Source: Amoebophrya sp. A120 (taxonomy: Eukaryota; Protista; Dinoflagellata). From it: a DNA stretch of 64,000 bases. The notes beneath the pieces were generated by a model. That model was given only the letters and a program-made list of their open reading frames with translations, was not told the DNA's origin and did not search any database. Of this stretch, positions 12,581 through 24,600 are shown piece after piece (within the stretch, counting starts at the first letter, position 1; each line of letters starts with the position of its first letter). The DNA lies in the NCBI GenBank assembly GCA_905178155.1, contig CAJINV010000021.1, positions 974,449 through 1,038,448 on the forward strand, given 5' to 3'. The translations under genes were made by a program, and so were the position numbers.

Positions 12581-15336
12581 TCACGCCACCTGAGCAGAAC
12601 GACGTCGACGGTTGTTGGCCGCGCCCACCCGTTCCGCGAGTTCGCGTTCGTTTTGTCTGAGCAACACAATTTCCCGCAGGTGCCGCACGAGCTGCCCCGG
12701 CCGGTACCATTTCAGGTACAACTGTTTCCAGCGGTGCAGGGTCGCCCGCCGCAAGCCGGACACCATCGCCTGCTTCTGCATTTCCGTGATTTCGTAGCTT
12801 TCCTCCCGCTTTTTCCGCTCGCGAATCCGCGCCTCGATCACTTTCGTCGCGCGCCACCAGGCTGCATAGCGGACCTGCGACAGCAGCTCTTCCTCCATCG
12901 AGCGAATTCTCGGGGTGTAGTCGATCTTTTTTCTTTTCGGCTTGTTTTCGTTTAGCGTCGACCCAGAAGCTGTCTTGGTAGCACTGAAGCAATCGTGTCT
13001 TCTGTCTTCCTCAAGACTGTCGACCTCGCTGTCCTCCCCATGGTCAGGTCCAGTAGCATTGTTCAACCCACTTGATACAGGTGTTCGCGTTGATGCAGTA
13101 GGAATGTCCAGTTGGGTGGAGAAAACGTCCTCCTCCAGGTTTTTCTCGTTCTTCGCCTCCTTCTATCAAATGTAAAAGTGTCTGGGTCTTGGAAGATTTC
13201 TAGATTTCTAGATTTGTCATGCATATTTTCCATGACCCATGATGTCTGTGATGCATGCCGTAGCATCACAGATTCTTAGAGCGCTTTGCGATACCTCTAC
13301 CGCATGAGAAATGCCCTCTCCGCGTAGCACAAGCTGGAATCCTCTTGCTGGTCATGCAATACAACTTTTTTCAGAATCCAGAGACAGCATTGCAAGTTGC
13401 AGCCTTCCAGACCCCGACATATTTGCAATGCATACCTTCTGCGCCTCCCTCGCCGCTGTGACGGCGCTGTCACTCGAGTAGTTGAGCGCGGGCGGCCAAA
13501 CCAGCTTGTTCCACTGGTGGGCGCGGCTCTGGCCCTCGTGCGCCCATCGCAGGTACTCTTCGTCAAGTTCGTCTATCAAATGCAAAAGTATCGCACTCGT
13601 ATAAATGCCAGACTAGCATGACAAATCTGATTTTTTTATGTAATTTAGCGTGACAAATTTAATATTTCACGCTGAGCTAATTTGTAATGCATTTATACGA
13701 GTACGATACTTGTTTTGCAGTTCATATCGTCCCAGCTGATACCATGTGAATTGGACATCGTGTACAGTGTGTGCAAGCGCCGCTCCAACAAAGAAGTCGA
13801 CGTATGTGAAGTGGCTGAGGCTGTCGTCTTCTCTGTATTATCTTCTCGTCGTTCTTCATCAGCTGAAGAGCCTGTAATTGCACCAACTGCAGCGCCGCTT
13901 CCACCTACTTGATCAACATGTTCATCATCGATCACTGTTTCTTCTCTCTGCTTGTCGAGCAGTACGAACGCGTCCCTGTCGCAGCGCCGGTTGGTCATGA
14001 TCATGGGCAACCGACTGTAGTCGCGGACGCGAGACCAAAGAGATTTAGAATTATTTTTCGATTTCGCAGAGGAGGACTTTCTTCCATGAAGTAGACTTTT
14101 ACATTGCTGTTCGCCAGCGAGTGCTGTCAAACGCTCCTGCAGGTACCGCTCCGCGGTCGGGGGGTAGGAACGTGTGTGGTCGTCGTGTGATGCATCGTCG
14201 ATGCTGTGGTCATCTTCATTATGATTCATTTCAACATCGATTCCGTGTCGACGCCCTCCTTCGTCCGCACCCACTTCTACGTCTCCGTCCTCTACCCCGA
14301 GTAGCCGAAGCTCCGTCTCCACTTCCAGCAAGCGCTCCTGTATCTCCTCGGGAGTGATGTTGATCAACGACGGTCTTCCCGCGGAGGACGGGCCGTTCTT
14401 ACTGGCCGTAGGTAGAAGTACTTCTGCTTGTGGCTGTGACCACTTTTCGCCTTCACTAGCAGCGGCGGCATCCGATTCTGAGGTCTGTGCTGAGAGGTCG
14501 TCCAGCAGGTGAAGATTATCATTATCGTCCCCTCGTTGAGCAACGCCACCATGATCCCCGCTCTTCTCACTTTCATCTTTCTCTGATTTTATTTCCACCT
14601 CGCGGTCGCGCTGCTCTACCACTACACCTCCGCCTTCATCGTCAACATCACCTTCAACCGCCTGTGTGCTAGAAATTTTCTCCACATGTTGCTCTTCCAC
14701 CTCTTTCAGGCGCGCCAACAAGTACCGCTTGGTCCGCCGCAGTTGCGTGATCCGGTACAGTGTGTGCCGGTTCACGTTTCTCCGCGGCTGGAAAACAACT
14801 TCGGAAAGGGACCCGCTGGATCTCGCGGGCACCGCAGCCACCATGGCCATCACCCTCTGGTTCAGCAAATCATCAGCTTTATCTTTTGCGCGATAATAGT
14901 TTGTGATCCCCGACCGGTCGCCGTCGGCAGCTGCGGCGGTAGCGCGCGGAAAGACGACGCTCTTCTTAGGAGGCTTGGGCTTGCTGTCGTTGTTCTCCGC
15001 GAGATTGGTGTCGTTCGAATTTTCTGCGGTCCCAGGTGGTTTATTATCTTCCGTTCCCGCTGGCACAACTCCAGCTCCTGCAGCATCCTGCTCATCGCTG
15101 AGACTAGTGCCTCCAATATTGTCCATCGCGGACGAAGAGGAAGAGAACGAACGACAACTTCGCGCTCCACATGTTGGCAGGAAAGTTTTCACGACCGGGT
15201 TTGTCCGTAGGGCAAATACATGGCAACGAGATGAAGAAGAACCACAACCATGCAACTGACATAACCGACGTCCTTGCTGGTGCTGGGCCGCGTGGCGGCA
15301 CAAGGCAGGCGCACACGCAGGTGACGCTGACGGCAT
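12581..15336 (-). CDS. Hypothetical ~770-aa protein, possible mitochondrial targeting presequence; 2 introner introns
   Basis: ORFs 13693-15357, 13352-13585 and 12581-13066 join as ISWD|ELDEEY and EAQK|EAKNEK. N-terminus is R/S-rich and acid-poor, ending CRSFSS. Confidence 0.7.
13164..13434. mobile_element. Introner family A, 271 bp
   Basis: TSD ccttc; can splice GT-AG. Confidence 0.93.
13574..13726. mobile_element. Introner family B, 153 bp
   Basis: TSD tcgtc; TIR tatcaaatgcaaaagtatcgcactcgtataaatgc. Confidence 0.92.
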
Positions 15337-15958
15337 GACGAGGTTCCTTTTAGGCAACTGTGGTACTGGTAAGTATACAATGGCGACGTCCGCGTCAGAT
15401 CAGAGCGCTATAATAGATTGATACGATCGGGCTGGCCCGGAGAAAGGTCCAGCGGCGGAGATGCAGATGATTTTTGGCCGAAACAAAAGCAAATGCAAAA
15501 CGTCATGGAAGAAAGAAAAATAAAAAGACGAAAGCGACACTAGCGAGCTTTCCAAGCAAATTAATACAAAAACAAACCAAACTGGAGGTGCACTACGACA
15601 TGAAGATCCAGAAACGAAATCCACAAAGAACAGAGAATTTGACTCATCTTGGATCAAGGAGCGGCCACACTCGCCCGTTTCTGGGTGCTTGCTTCTGCGG
15701 TACCGTGGTCGTTCCAGAGATGTGTTTGGATTTAGAAGCGAAGCAAGTCCGCTGGTTTTCAAATAAGTAGAAATCTTCATTTGTCTACGGTCGACGCCGC
15801 GCCCGCAATGTGGCGCCGCCACACACTGAGTTCTTTGTCATTGACGTTTCTACGAACGTTCGTTTCCTTGTCTGGATAAGTACATTGATGACTTTTTTTG
15901 AAACCCGATTCATCGACACGAGTCTCTCTGTGTCTGATGAACATCTGCATAGTACTAA

Positions 15959-16007
15959 ATCAGATCCGTCCCCTCATTCCGCGATCGGAAAGCGGACGCA
16001 TCTTCAC
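15959..16007 (-). promoter_or_regulatory. Candidate non-canonical SECIS element
   Basis: Minus strand reads GTGAA-gatgcgtccgct-ttccgatcgcggaatg-aggggacggatc-TGAT: a GA/GA-type core with a 12-bp helix (10/12 paired), 258 nt after the stop of a TGA-containing ORF. The apical AA is missing. Confidence 0.45.
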
Positions 16008-16264
16008 GGCAGGCATCAAGAAAAAATACGCGCATGATGTTCAATCAAGTAAGTAGATAATTTCATCCACATATACTACTTCCAAAGCTGCGCCCCACTT
16101 TCTTCACACGTTTTGCAGCAGCCACGACAGGAAGTCGTCTTCGCGCTATGACAGATCGGAGCGGGATCTTCAATCTTCATCTTGCTCTTCGGGAAAGAGT
16201 AAAATCCAAATGGTGCCGCTCCCTACAGTGCCCTGGTGCAGCTAGCTTGCTACAGGGTTTTAGC

Positions 16265-16880
16265 TTACTCCTCAATCGGGTGCAGCCACTGCCCTCCGTT
16301 GCTCGGGCCCCCGTTATCCGGCATCCATTATGGCATTCTCAAATGTTACATTCTCAACTGTTACATGAATTTGTCATGCAAGACTGGCAACAGTGAAAGG
16401 AGGAAGATTGCGCCTTTTGCATTACAGGTTTGGCGCAGATTTAGATGCTGTCTAGCCCTTCCGAAATTTGTCATGCGAAGCAGCTCGATCATCTGCCGGC
16501 TTAAGGTACTTTTGCACGACAAATTCATGCAACAGCTGAGAACGTAACGTTTGAAAACGCCATATCCACTGCTCGCCCCGTAGCGGCTGCCACTCCCCCT
16601 GCCCCCGGCGCTTGATCGCGGTCACCAACATCCATTTTGCGCTCTCGGCCCCCTGCTGTCGCATCTTGTCCGGCGGCACCGGATACAGAACCCCCTGCAC
16701 GTGGTCCCCGTTCATGGGGAAGGGGAGCCGCGGCTCGCACCCCCCGCCGGTGAAGGGGGAGCGCCGGTAGTTGGACCCCGTTCAGCTGCCGCGCGACATA
16801 CGCATCAAAAACTCCACCGTTGCCCCGTTATTCAGCGGAACGGGGAGGGTAGAGGGGTCTGGCGGGGCAGAATTCGCCAT
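16265..16880 (-). CDS. Small 124-aa protein with an in-frame TGA at codon 33 (candidate selenoprotein); one introner intron
   Basis: ATG 16880, TGA 16784-16782 and ORF 16715 share one frame. Removing 16329-16564 plus one TSD gives ...MRMSRGS(U)TGSNYRRSPFTGGGCEPRLPFPMNGDHVQG...KWMLVTAIKRRGQGEWQPLRGEQW|MPDNGGPSNGGQWLHPIEE*. Confidence 0.65.
16329..16564. mobile_element. Introner family D, 236 bp
   Basis: TSD tccat/tccac; TIR tatggcattctcaaatgttacattctcaactgtt. Confidence 0.92.
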
Positions 16881-18642
16881 TTATGTTTTCTTTCCGAGAT
16901 CAAAGAGATGAAGCAAGAAGACGACGAGACGTAAAGAGTTCTTGTTCGGCAAAAAAGTTTCTCAAATAAAACTGGCTGTAAAACCCGTGGGATCGTTTTT
17001 ACTTTTTTCTCGGTTCAAAGCTAGGGGGGGAACTACGAACGGAATGCGCCGCGCCTTGTAAAAATTGAGTACTGTACTGTGTGTATGATGTTGCCGACGG
17101 CGCATTTTAATCATGATCAAAGCCATTTTTTACGTACTTCTACTACTACCTCGCAAGCGGGCCTACGCTGGTGCCCCTTGGTCGTTGTAAGTACACTATC
17201 TACTGCACACGAAGTGTCGTGGTGTAGAGCACCAACTGCTCGTCTACTCCTACTTCAGTTACGACAATTGTTCACCGACACGACGAGCAATAACTTCTTT
17301 CGAAGTAGACTAGAACAGCATTCGTTCACGCAAACAAAAAACAGGTCGTGGAGTTTCTCAAGACTCGGGCAAAAACTCGTTGTCCGCTTGGGATACGTGA
17401 GTGTGAGTCGTGATACCGGCAGACATTATATCCATTAACACGGTTTCTTTTTCTATTTAGCTTCCTTTTTTATATAAGGAAGTGGTCTCGACAAGGCTCT
17501 TTAAACTCGACGGATTGGCAAGGCACCTGCAAACCGCTGCAGCCATAGGCCTCTTCAACGATAGTACCAAAAAAAAAGACTTCTTCATGATGTCAGGAGG
17601 TACGTGACGCCGAAAAGAAAATCACGCATAATCTTCTTCTCAAGCTCATCCGTAACTCTACCTCCATAATACGTCGTGTTGCTTAATAGAGTCAGAGCAG
17701 CTCACTATCGATCTATCTCTATGCAAGCATACTCACGAATATAATTTTGATTTTCATTACTGGTAGAGGTAGTGCTAGTGGCTTTTTGAACTTTTCATAT
17801 TCTAGGACTTTAACAAGCTCTATTTTTTACCACGACAAGACCAACCACAGCAAACTTTTTGTGAAACAATGTGAGTTGTATGTACAAGATGAAGACTTCA
17901 CATTTTTTACAACGTATACGGTTTGTGACACAGCAGTAATTTTTTGGTCGATTGAAATCCAATCGGAGATCGGATTTCTAACGGCAAGCGAAACGAAGAT
18001 GACACGACTTCCAGTTAGTAGTCACCTTCTCAGAAAAATAGAAATTCAAGCCGTTGCATAACCTTTGGTAAAGATGAGGTAAGGTCCAATTTGATAAATT
18101 CAGTGGGAAAAGCGATAAAATAGACAAGAAAAAGAAATCAGGCCTTGCGTGAAAAACCGATGCAAGCTATGATTTCTCGGGAACGAAAGCTTAACGAATG
18201 AATTCAGTTTGATGATATTTCAAATTTTTGGGGAAAAATTGAAATAAGTACAATAGCAAAGAAAAGTTGTTGTAAGCTTCAGACTTTTATCAATCTTTTG
18301 ATGACAAGAAGCGAAGTATTCAGCAGAAAAGCGAACCGAATAGAAAGAACTGTATTGATTTCTTTGCGCTCTGGGAAATGCGTACTGAAGCTGATACTGA
18401 AAGTGGTATATAATAACTGTTCGGCACCACAATGACAATTTATCGGGAGGAGAACGAATTATCTTTCGTTTGATATTTATCACATGGACAAATCGTTTTC
18501 GTCCGTCGCTAGAAGATATTCATCGTCGGTATACAATCAAGAACCAAGTTCTATTGAATACACTTACACAAAAATCAACATGAAAATCAAAATATTCGGA
18601 AAAAATCATAGAGTGAAAAATAAAAAACGGACATCAAGAAGA

Positions 18643-21600
18643 CTAGTAGAACATCTTGACAAGTTCGTCTAGTTGCCTGCTCCACCGCCGGTCTCGCGTG
18701 CTCCGCTGCTTTGACCCTTTATGGTGTCTGTGGTGCTGATGTGGTCCTCCGCCTCCGTGCTTGGAAGTAGAGCTCCTGGTCATGCCACGGCTACTGGGAC
18801 CGGCCAAGTATTCTTCGTGGAAGAGCTCATCGTCCTGTGCTGGATCCTCTTCCTGAAAAAGGAAAGGGTTAATATTGTTGAAACCCAAACTACTGGCGAA
18901 TATCCTGAGGAAAAACGTTCCCACCCCAGAGTTGTCATGCAGATTTGCAATGACAAGGACATTTGTGATGCGCATACCCACGGTAGACATTTTCAATCGT
19001 GTTTTGGAATTCGAATTTGTGATGCTATGAACAGGATAAGCAGATGGATCTGTGATGCAGCTGCACTTGCTAACCTGCACTACACTACGGAGTGCAACTT
19101 GTCATGCGTGACTCCCAAACAGTCCTAGCTTTGTGTTGCAAAATCCCCATCTTGACTCTGGTGTGGGGACGTTTTTACTCAGGATAGCGAAAGCTCCTTC
19201 TACTTCCTCTGGGACCTCCGCACTGGCCCGGCGACTGGAGCGAATTCTTATAGTCTTCTCATCCAAAGGCGATATTACCCCGTCGTCCCGGACGAGGACT
19301 TTGCTCCTTCGCCGTTTCTTCTTGGGTGCACGGTTATGTTGTCCGGTTTCGGCCAAATAATTTTGCGTCGACGGTACTACAGAGGGGGCAAGGTTGTAGC
19401 TTTTATCAGGCTCCTGCTGATGTAGAAGTTGTTGTTCATCTTCTTCCCCGGTTTGCTGTTCTCGAGGCGTTCTTGTGAAGATTTCATGTGGGGGCGGAAG
19501 ACCGTTCCCTTGCTGACCAGCACCGTGGATCGCGTTATTTGTTTCTGTCGAAGTAGATGTAGCTTTCATCTTCGTGTGACTGACAATACTATCACCTTCC
19601 TTGTCTGGCTGCGGCAATACAAACCGCCACACTGGCAGGTTCCGCCGCCTGCGTATCTCGGCGGTGAGATCGTTCACAGAGTCCGCTGGAGGTTGGGCTC
19701 CGGCTCCTGTGATCACCACAGGCACGGCAGGCTGCGATATTTGATGGCAATTATCGAAGCTCTGGTGAAGCTGATCGACTGCACCAGGATGTTCTACTTG
19801 AGCAGCCAGCAATTGTGGGTGTTGGTCAAAAGTCGACCCTTGCTGCTGCTGCACATGACCCGTGCAAGAATTCGGCTTCGCAGCCGCGAAATCGCGTCGG
19901 GAGCGTAACCGCACGGGCAATCTGCCTGGATTGTCAGGAATTAGCTCGTCGTATTGCGGATCGTAGCCCATTATGCATTGCAGAAGTATCGTACGTAGTC
20001 ATAATGTTTCGCAACACCAAATTTTGGCAAGAACAAAAGTGGGATCTGTAATGCTGATTCAGGTTGGAAAAGAGAAAGACATTTGTCATGCATGGCTGCA
20101 ATTTAATATATGCGTGCGATACTTTTGCAGAGCATACCGATGTAGTGCACCCGGACGAGTTGGTCCTCACTTTTCGTATTCCGCATCACCTATGCAGGAA
20201 AGTAAAGAGTGTGTAAGTCTGTGATGCAGAAAATGCGAAAGAGTTATACACTATCATGTTGGCCAGCCATAATAAATTAATGTCCTGTTAACATACGTGT
20301 TTCTAGGTGCTAGCTGTGGACAGCACAGGTTTTCTTTGTATAAATATGCAAAATTTGTGATGCTGTCACACTAACACAGTCTTTTTCTTGGATATCACCT
20401 CTAGCACTTCGACGGGACGCCATTTCATCGACCACAACGAGAGTGCTTCGTAGGAAAACCTCCGCGCTTCGAAGTTCTCCCGGGTGTCCTCCTGGTGGTC
20501 CTGCTGGGTCGTCTTCACTACGGTTGAATCATTTTGCCCGTTTATTTCTTGGATAATTCCTTGTGCGATAATCGTGGATGCAACTGCGTTCATTTCCAGC
20601 ACTTGACCTTCGCCAGTAGTGGTTCTTGCAAAGTCTGCTACTTCTGCTTGTTCCCGATCGCGCTTTTTATCCACCTCGGTCATTGGCGAGGAGCTTGATG
20701 AGCTTTGATGACGCGTGGTGGTCTCATCCATAATTCTGCTGTTTTTTCCCTCTGCAAAAACATCGGTCGTTTTTCGGAACCGGCTGCAATGGCGCCAAAT
20801 ATCCGTCCGCAATCGCACATCCCGAACCAAGTTGAGTCTACTACTACTTCCGCCGCAAAACGCAGGAGAGGCATTGGCATGATTGCGCACGACAGGGTCG
20901 GCTTTAATATTGTGTAAGAGAGTTGTTGCTGTATCTCTACTGATGTTCATCTTGTTACTCCTGGCTGATGCGGGGCACAAAGAGTTCGAAGAAGAGGATG
21001 CCATTGCGCCCGCACCTGGTACTCCACCCCCCGGAGCTGCAGCACAGTGGCCCCCTCGTGCGGGTACCACATCTCGCCCGACTTCGTCGTCCACCATAAT
21101 TTTTCGATCTTCTTCTTGCACTACCGCTTTCAAGATCTGGATTGCGAAGGGTTCCGAGCACAGCACGTTCCGGAAAACAGCTAACTGCTCCTCGTGCCAC
21201 CTCTCGTCGACTCGGCCTGCAACTACACTCGCGAAAGTTGAAGTTGCCCCGCCGGCTGGCTGAAGAGCCTTGGAAGTAGAGCAAGATACACTGCTGGATG
21301 AAGAGGATGTAGTCGTGCTCTTGCTGTGTACGGTTTCAAGCGGCTGCCCCCGAAGATGACCATCGCCTTCTCTACTTCGTTCTTCGCACAAGAGCGTCGA
21401 CCCGTGATCCGTTCTTGTCGAATGGTTTACTATTTCCTTCGCAGCTGAAGAAGCGAGCACAATGGGAACAGGGCTACTTGTTGTAGTGTGTTCAGGTGAA
21501 AATGATGTTCTTACATCATTCATCGTCGGGTATAGTTTTGTTTCGACCTGCTCCTGATGTTCTACTTGTTTCTTACTCATCTCCGCAGGATCGTTGACAA

Positions 21601-24600
21601 TTAGACAGGCATCTTCTTCATCAACGAAATTCAGCTCGTGGTCGGCTTCCATGGTGTTCACCAGGTCTGGGTGCGTGCTACTCAATCGCTTTTCATCCTC
21701 GTCAACACTTAGTACTTCTACGGCCTGTTTCCGCGCAAGTCGTACGGATTTCAAACTCGCACAGAAGATACTAGCAGAGTCTTGTATCTGCTTGTAGTTT
21801 TCATCTTCGTGGTCCGATGTTGTAGTTGTGGTCCACATAGTAGTACTTCTAGTAGGCCTCGATGTTCTGCTCGTCGCTCCAGAAGTACTATTTTTCCTCG
21901 TTGTAATCCGCAATGCGGATTCAAATTCCTTGCTTCCCTCGTCCCTGTCCCTGTTCTCCTCAAAGTCGTGTGGCAGGACATGATTACCAGGCGCCGCTTT
22001 TTCCACCACAGTCTCCGCCGCGACAGCGAGCTCGGTGAGCAGTAGGTCCCACAGCCGATGCCTAGTTGTCGCTTCGGCCACCGGAATGCCGAAGATTGCG
22101 GTTTTGGCTCCGTAGTAGTCCTGCGTGAAAACGTATGGGAAGAAAAAAGTGTGTTGACAGTTAAAAACTGTGTTGCGGACCACGCAAGAGCGACAAGGTC
22201 TGTCATGCCGAATATGCTTATGGGAACTTTTTAGCTCCATAGGTGTTTTCCGATATAATGTCGTCTGCGTTGCAAGTTTCGGCTGTTTTCCGTTGCAAGT
22301 TTCGGCTGTCATCAACATGCACAGCGAATTTGATTTTCTGACTGCCAACACGTTATATTTCCCTGGATAAAAACCGATCGAACCGGCTGCGGACGTAGCA
22401 GGCCAGCGCGAATAGGTTACGCAGGTTCTGTGACTGCATGGAATTCTTCCGGTTTTGCTCCTCCTCTTCTTCAAATGTAGAGGTTGCCCGATCTTCATGT
22501 TGGTCCTCCTTCTTCAGCATGATCTTACCTATCCCCGGCCGCGGCGGCGCCTCGGCATGAAGATTCGAGGTCGTTGCGCCGGTACCTGGATTTCTTATCG
22601 CCGCGAAGGTAGAAGATGAGGAAGAACATATCCTGAGTAAAAACGTACCCGCGCCAGAGTTGTAATGCAGATTTGCAAAGACAGGAAGACTTGTAATGCG
22701 CATCCCCATGAGAGCCATTTCCAATCGTGTTGTGGAATTTGTGATGCTGTGAACAGGATGAGCAGATGGATTTGTAATGCGGCTGCGCCACTTGCTAACC
22801 TGCACTACGCTGCAGAGTGCAACTTGTCATGCGTGACTCACAAAACTCCTAGGTTTGTGTTGCAAAATCCCCGTCCTGACTCTGGTGTGGGTACGTTTTT
22901 ACTCAGGATAGAACATGACTTACTGTTGTTGTCCACCTGCTCGCGTTCCTATGACACCCTCAGAATGGAAATCCTCAAAGTGGAAATAATTTGTGATGCA
23001 GGAAATGCGAAACCAAAAAGACTGTATTGCAGAAAACGCAATGGAGGCCGACTATTGTGCTTCTACGGGTTCAGAATTGGGCTGCTGATTAGCATGACAG
23101 AAGGGCACCCGTTTGCCTAACTAGCATGACAGACACGTTTAGGTGCCCGGGAAATTTGTCATGCGCCGACTAGAAATGGCGCTCCAACTGGAGTCGTTTT
23201 TTTGCATTACAAATTATTTTCACTTTGAGGATTTCCAACCTGAGGCTTTCATAGTTCCGGCGACCCCTTCGCGGTCGACGCCATCGTGGAAGTGTTTTCG
23301 ATCTCGCCGACGCCCGACGGACTGCACATGAACCCTTTCAGATTGTTCTCGTTCAGTTCCCCCCGACGCGGGGGCACGAGGACCCTGTTTAATATTTCAT
23401 CATGCTGCTCCGAAGAGGTGGAGAACGTCGCGCCCTCACGCATATTCGATGAATTCTTCGCATTTTGCTGCTGCTGTCCTCCTGCAACAAGAAGGTCCCT
23501 CGCGGCAGCTCCGTGCGAATCTTTATCGCTGTTAAGTTTTTCTTGTACTAAACCACTGCTCGTACCATTCACTGCGGTCGTGGTAGTACAACGACCTCGG
23601 CTTGCGCTACTGCTCATGCTCGTTTTCCGTCTGGTCCGGGTCGTTCCCGACCCAGAATTCGCGGTGGAATACATGCTCGTGTTATTTATTGTCATCGAAA
23701 TAGAACTGCTGCAACTACTGTTGCCTCCTGCTCCGCGGCTGCACAGGGTCTTTGCGGTCTCGCTGGCGTTGGTTTTCTGCAAATAATTTTTCACACACGT
23801 CATGTGCATCACGCTCGACGGCCCCACGTATACCTTCTGCGGCTTCGACTTTTTCTTCTCCTTACTGGATTGATGATGTGTGCCACTTTGGAGGCTTGTT
23901 GCCCTCGAGGTTCTTCCAGTAGACCGTCGGGTAGTATTACAGCCGAAATTTTCTTGAATATGTTGTTCCTTAACGGACTTGGAGGCCGTGGTGGTCACGA
24001 AGCTGACAAAGCTGCTATTCAACGCGGCGGCGCCCGTTGGGGAAGAAGGATTTCCACCGGCTCCCAAAACCGCATCCTCGGTCTCGTCGCAGACGTTTGC
24101 GGGTACGACAAGCACGTTGGTTGACGTCGCAGCCGTTTGTGCTCCTGGTCCTGGTCCGGTTGTTGCGCCGGGTGCAGCAGCTGCAGCTCCGTGATCCGTA
24201 GTGGAAACAATATGCTCCCCGCCGCCCGATGTGGAACTACCGGATGCTGAAATGATGATGCGGGAAGGGGTTGCGGCGCCGCCAATCTTCATCACGCTCG
24301 GCGCGTCGTCGTATGGAAGGTCACAACGCCCCCTTCCCCACATTTGCAGGGCATGAACAGCAATACAAGTGCCAGCAAGATCAAGATGAATGCAGGTTTT
24401 GCATGACAAATCTGCACAGGTGCAGTGTAGTGCTATTTGGACTGTCAGAACTTGTCATGCAAACAGTGCTTGAAGGTGTGGCGTGGATTTGGTAATTTGC
24501 ATCATGTACAAATAAGAATGTAGGCGGGTGAGGGAGAGTTGGCACGGTGATACGTCGGTAGAGGATTCGATCAGGAGATTGGACGTGCCGCGAAGCATCA

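Noticed and set aside
16786-16817. A 32-nt GT-AG intron just upstream of the TGA as an alternative explanation
   Set aside because: It is much shorter than other introns here and shifts into a G/A/R-rich frame that loses the Trp-rich protein-like sequence; not formally excluded without RNA data.
22134-22498. N-terminal part of the 710-aa ORF 20366-22498
   Set aside because: It is chance read-through of an introner; the upstream exon is in another frame (ORF 22353) and joins after removal of 241 nt.
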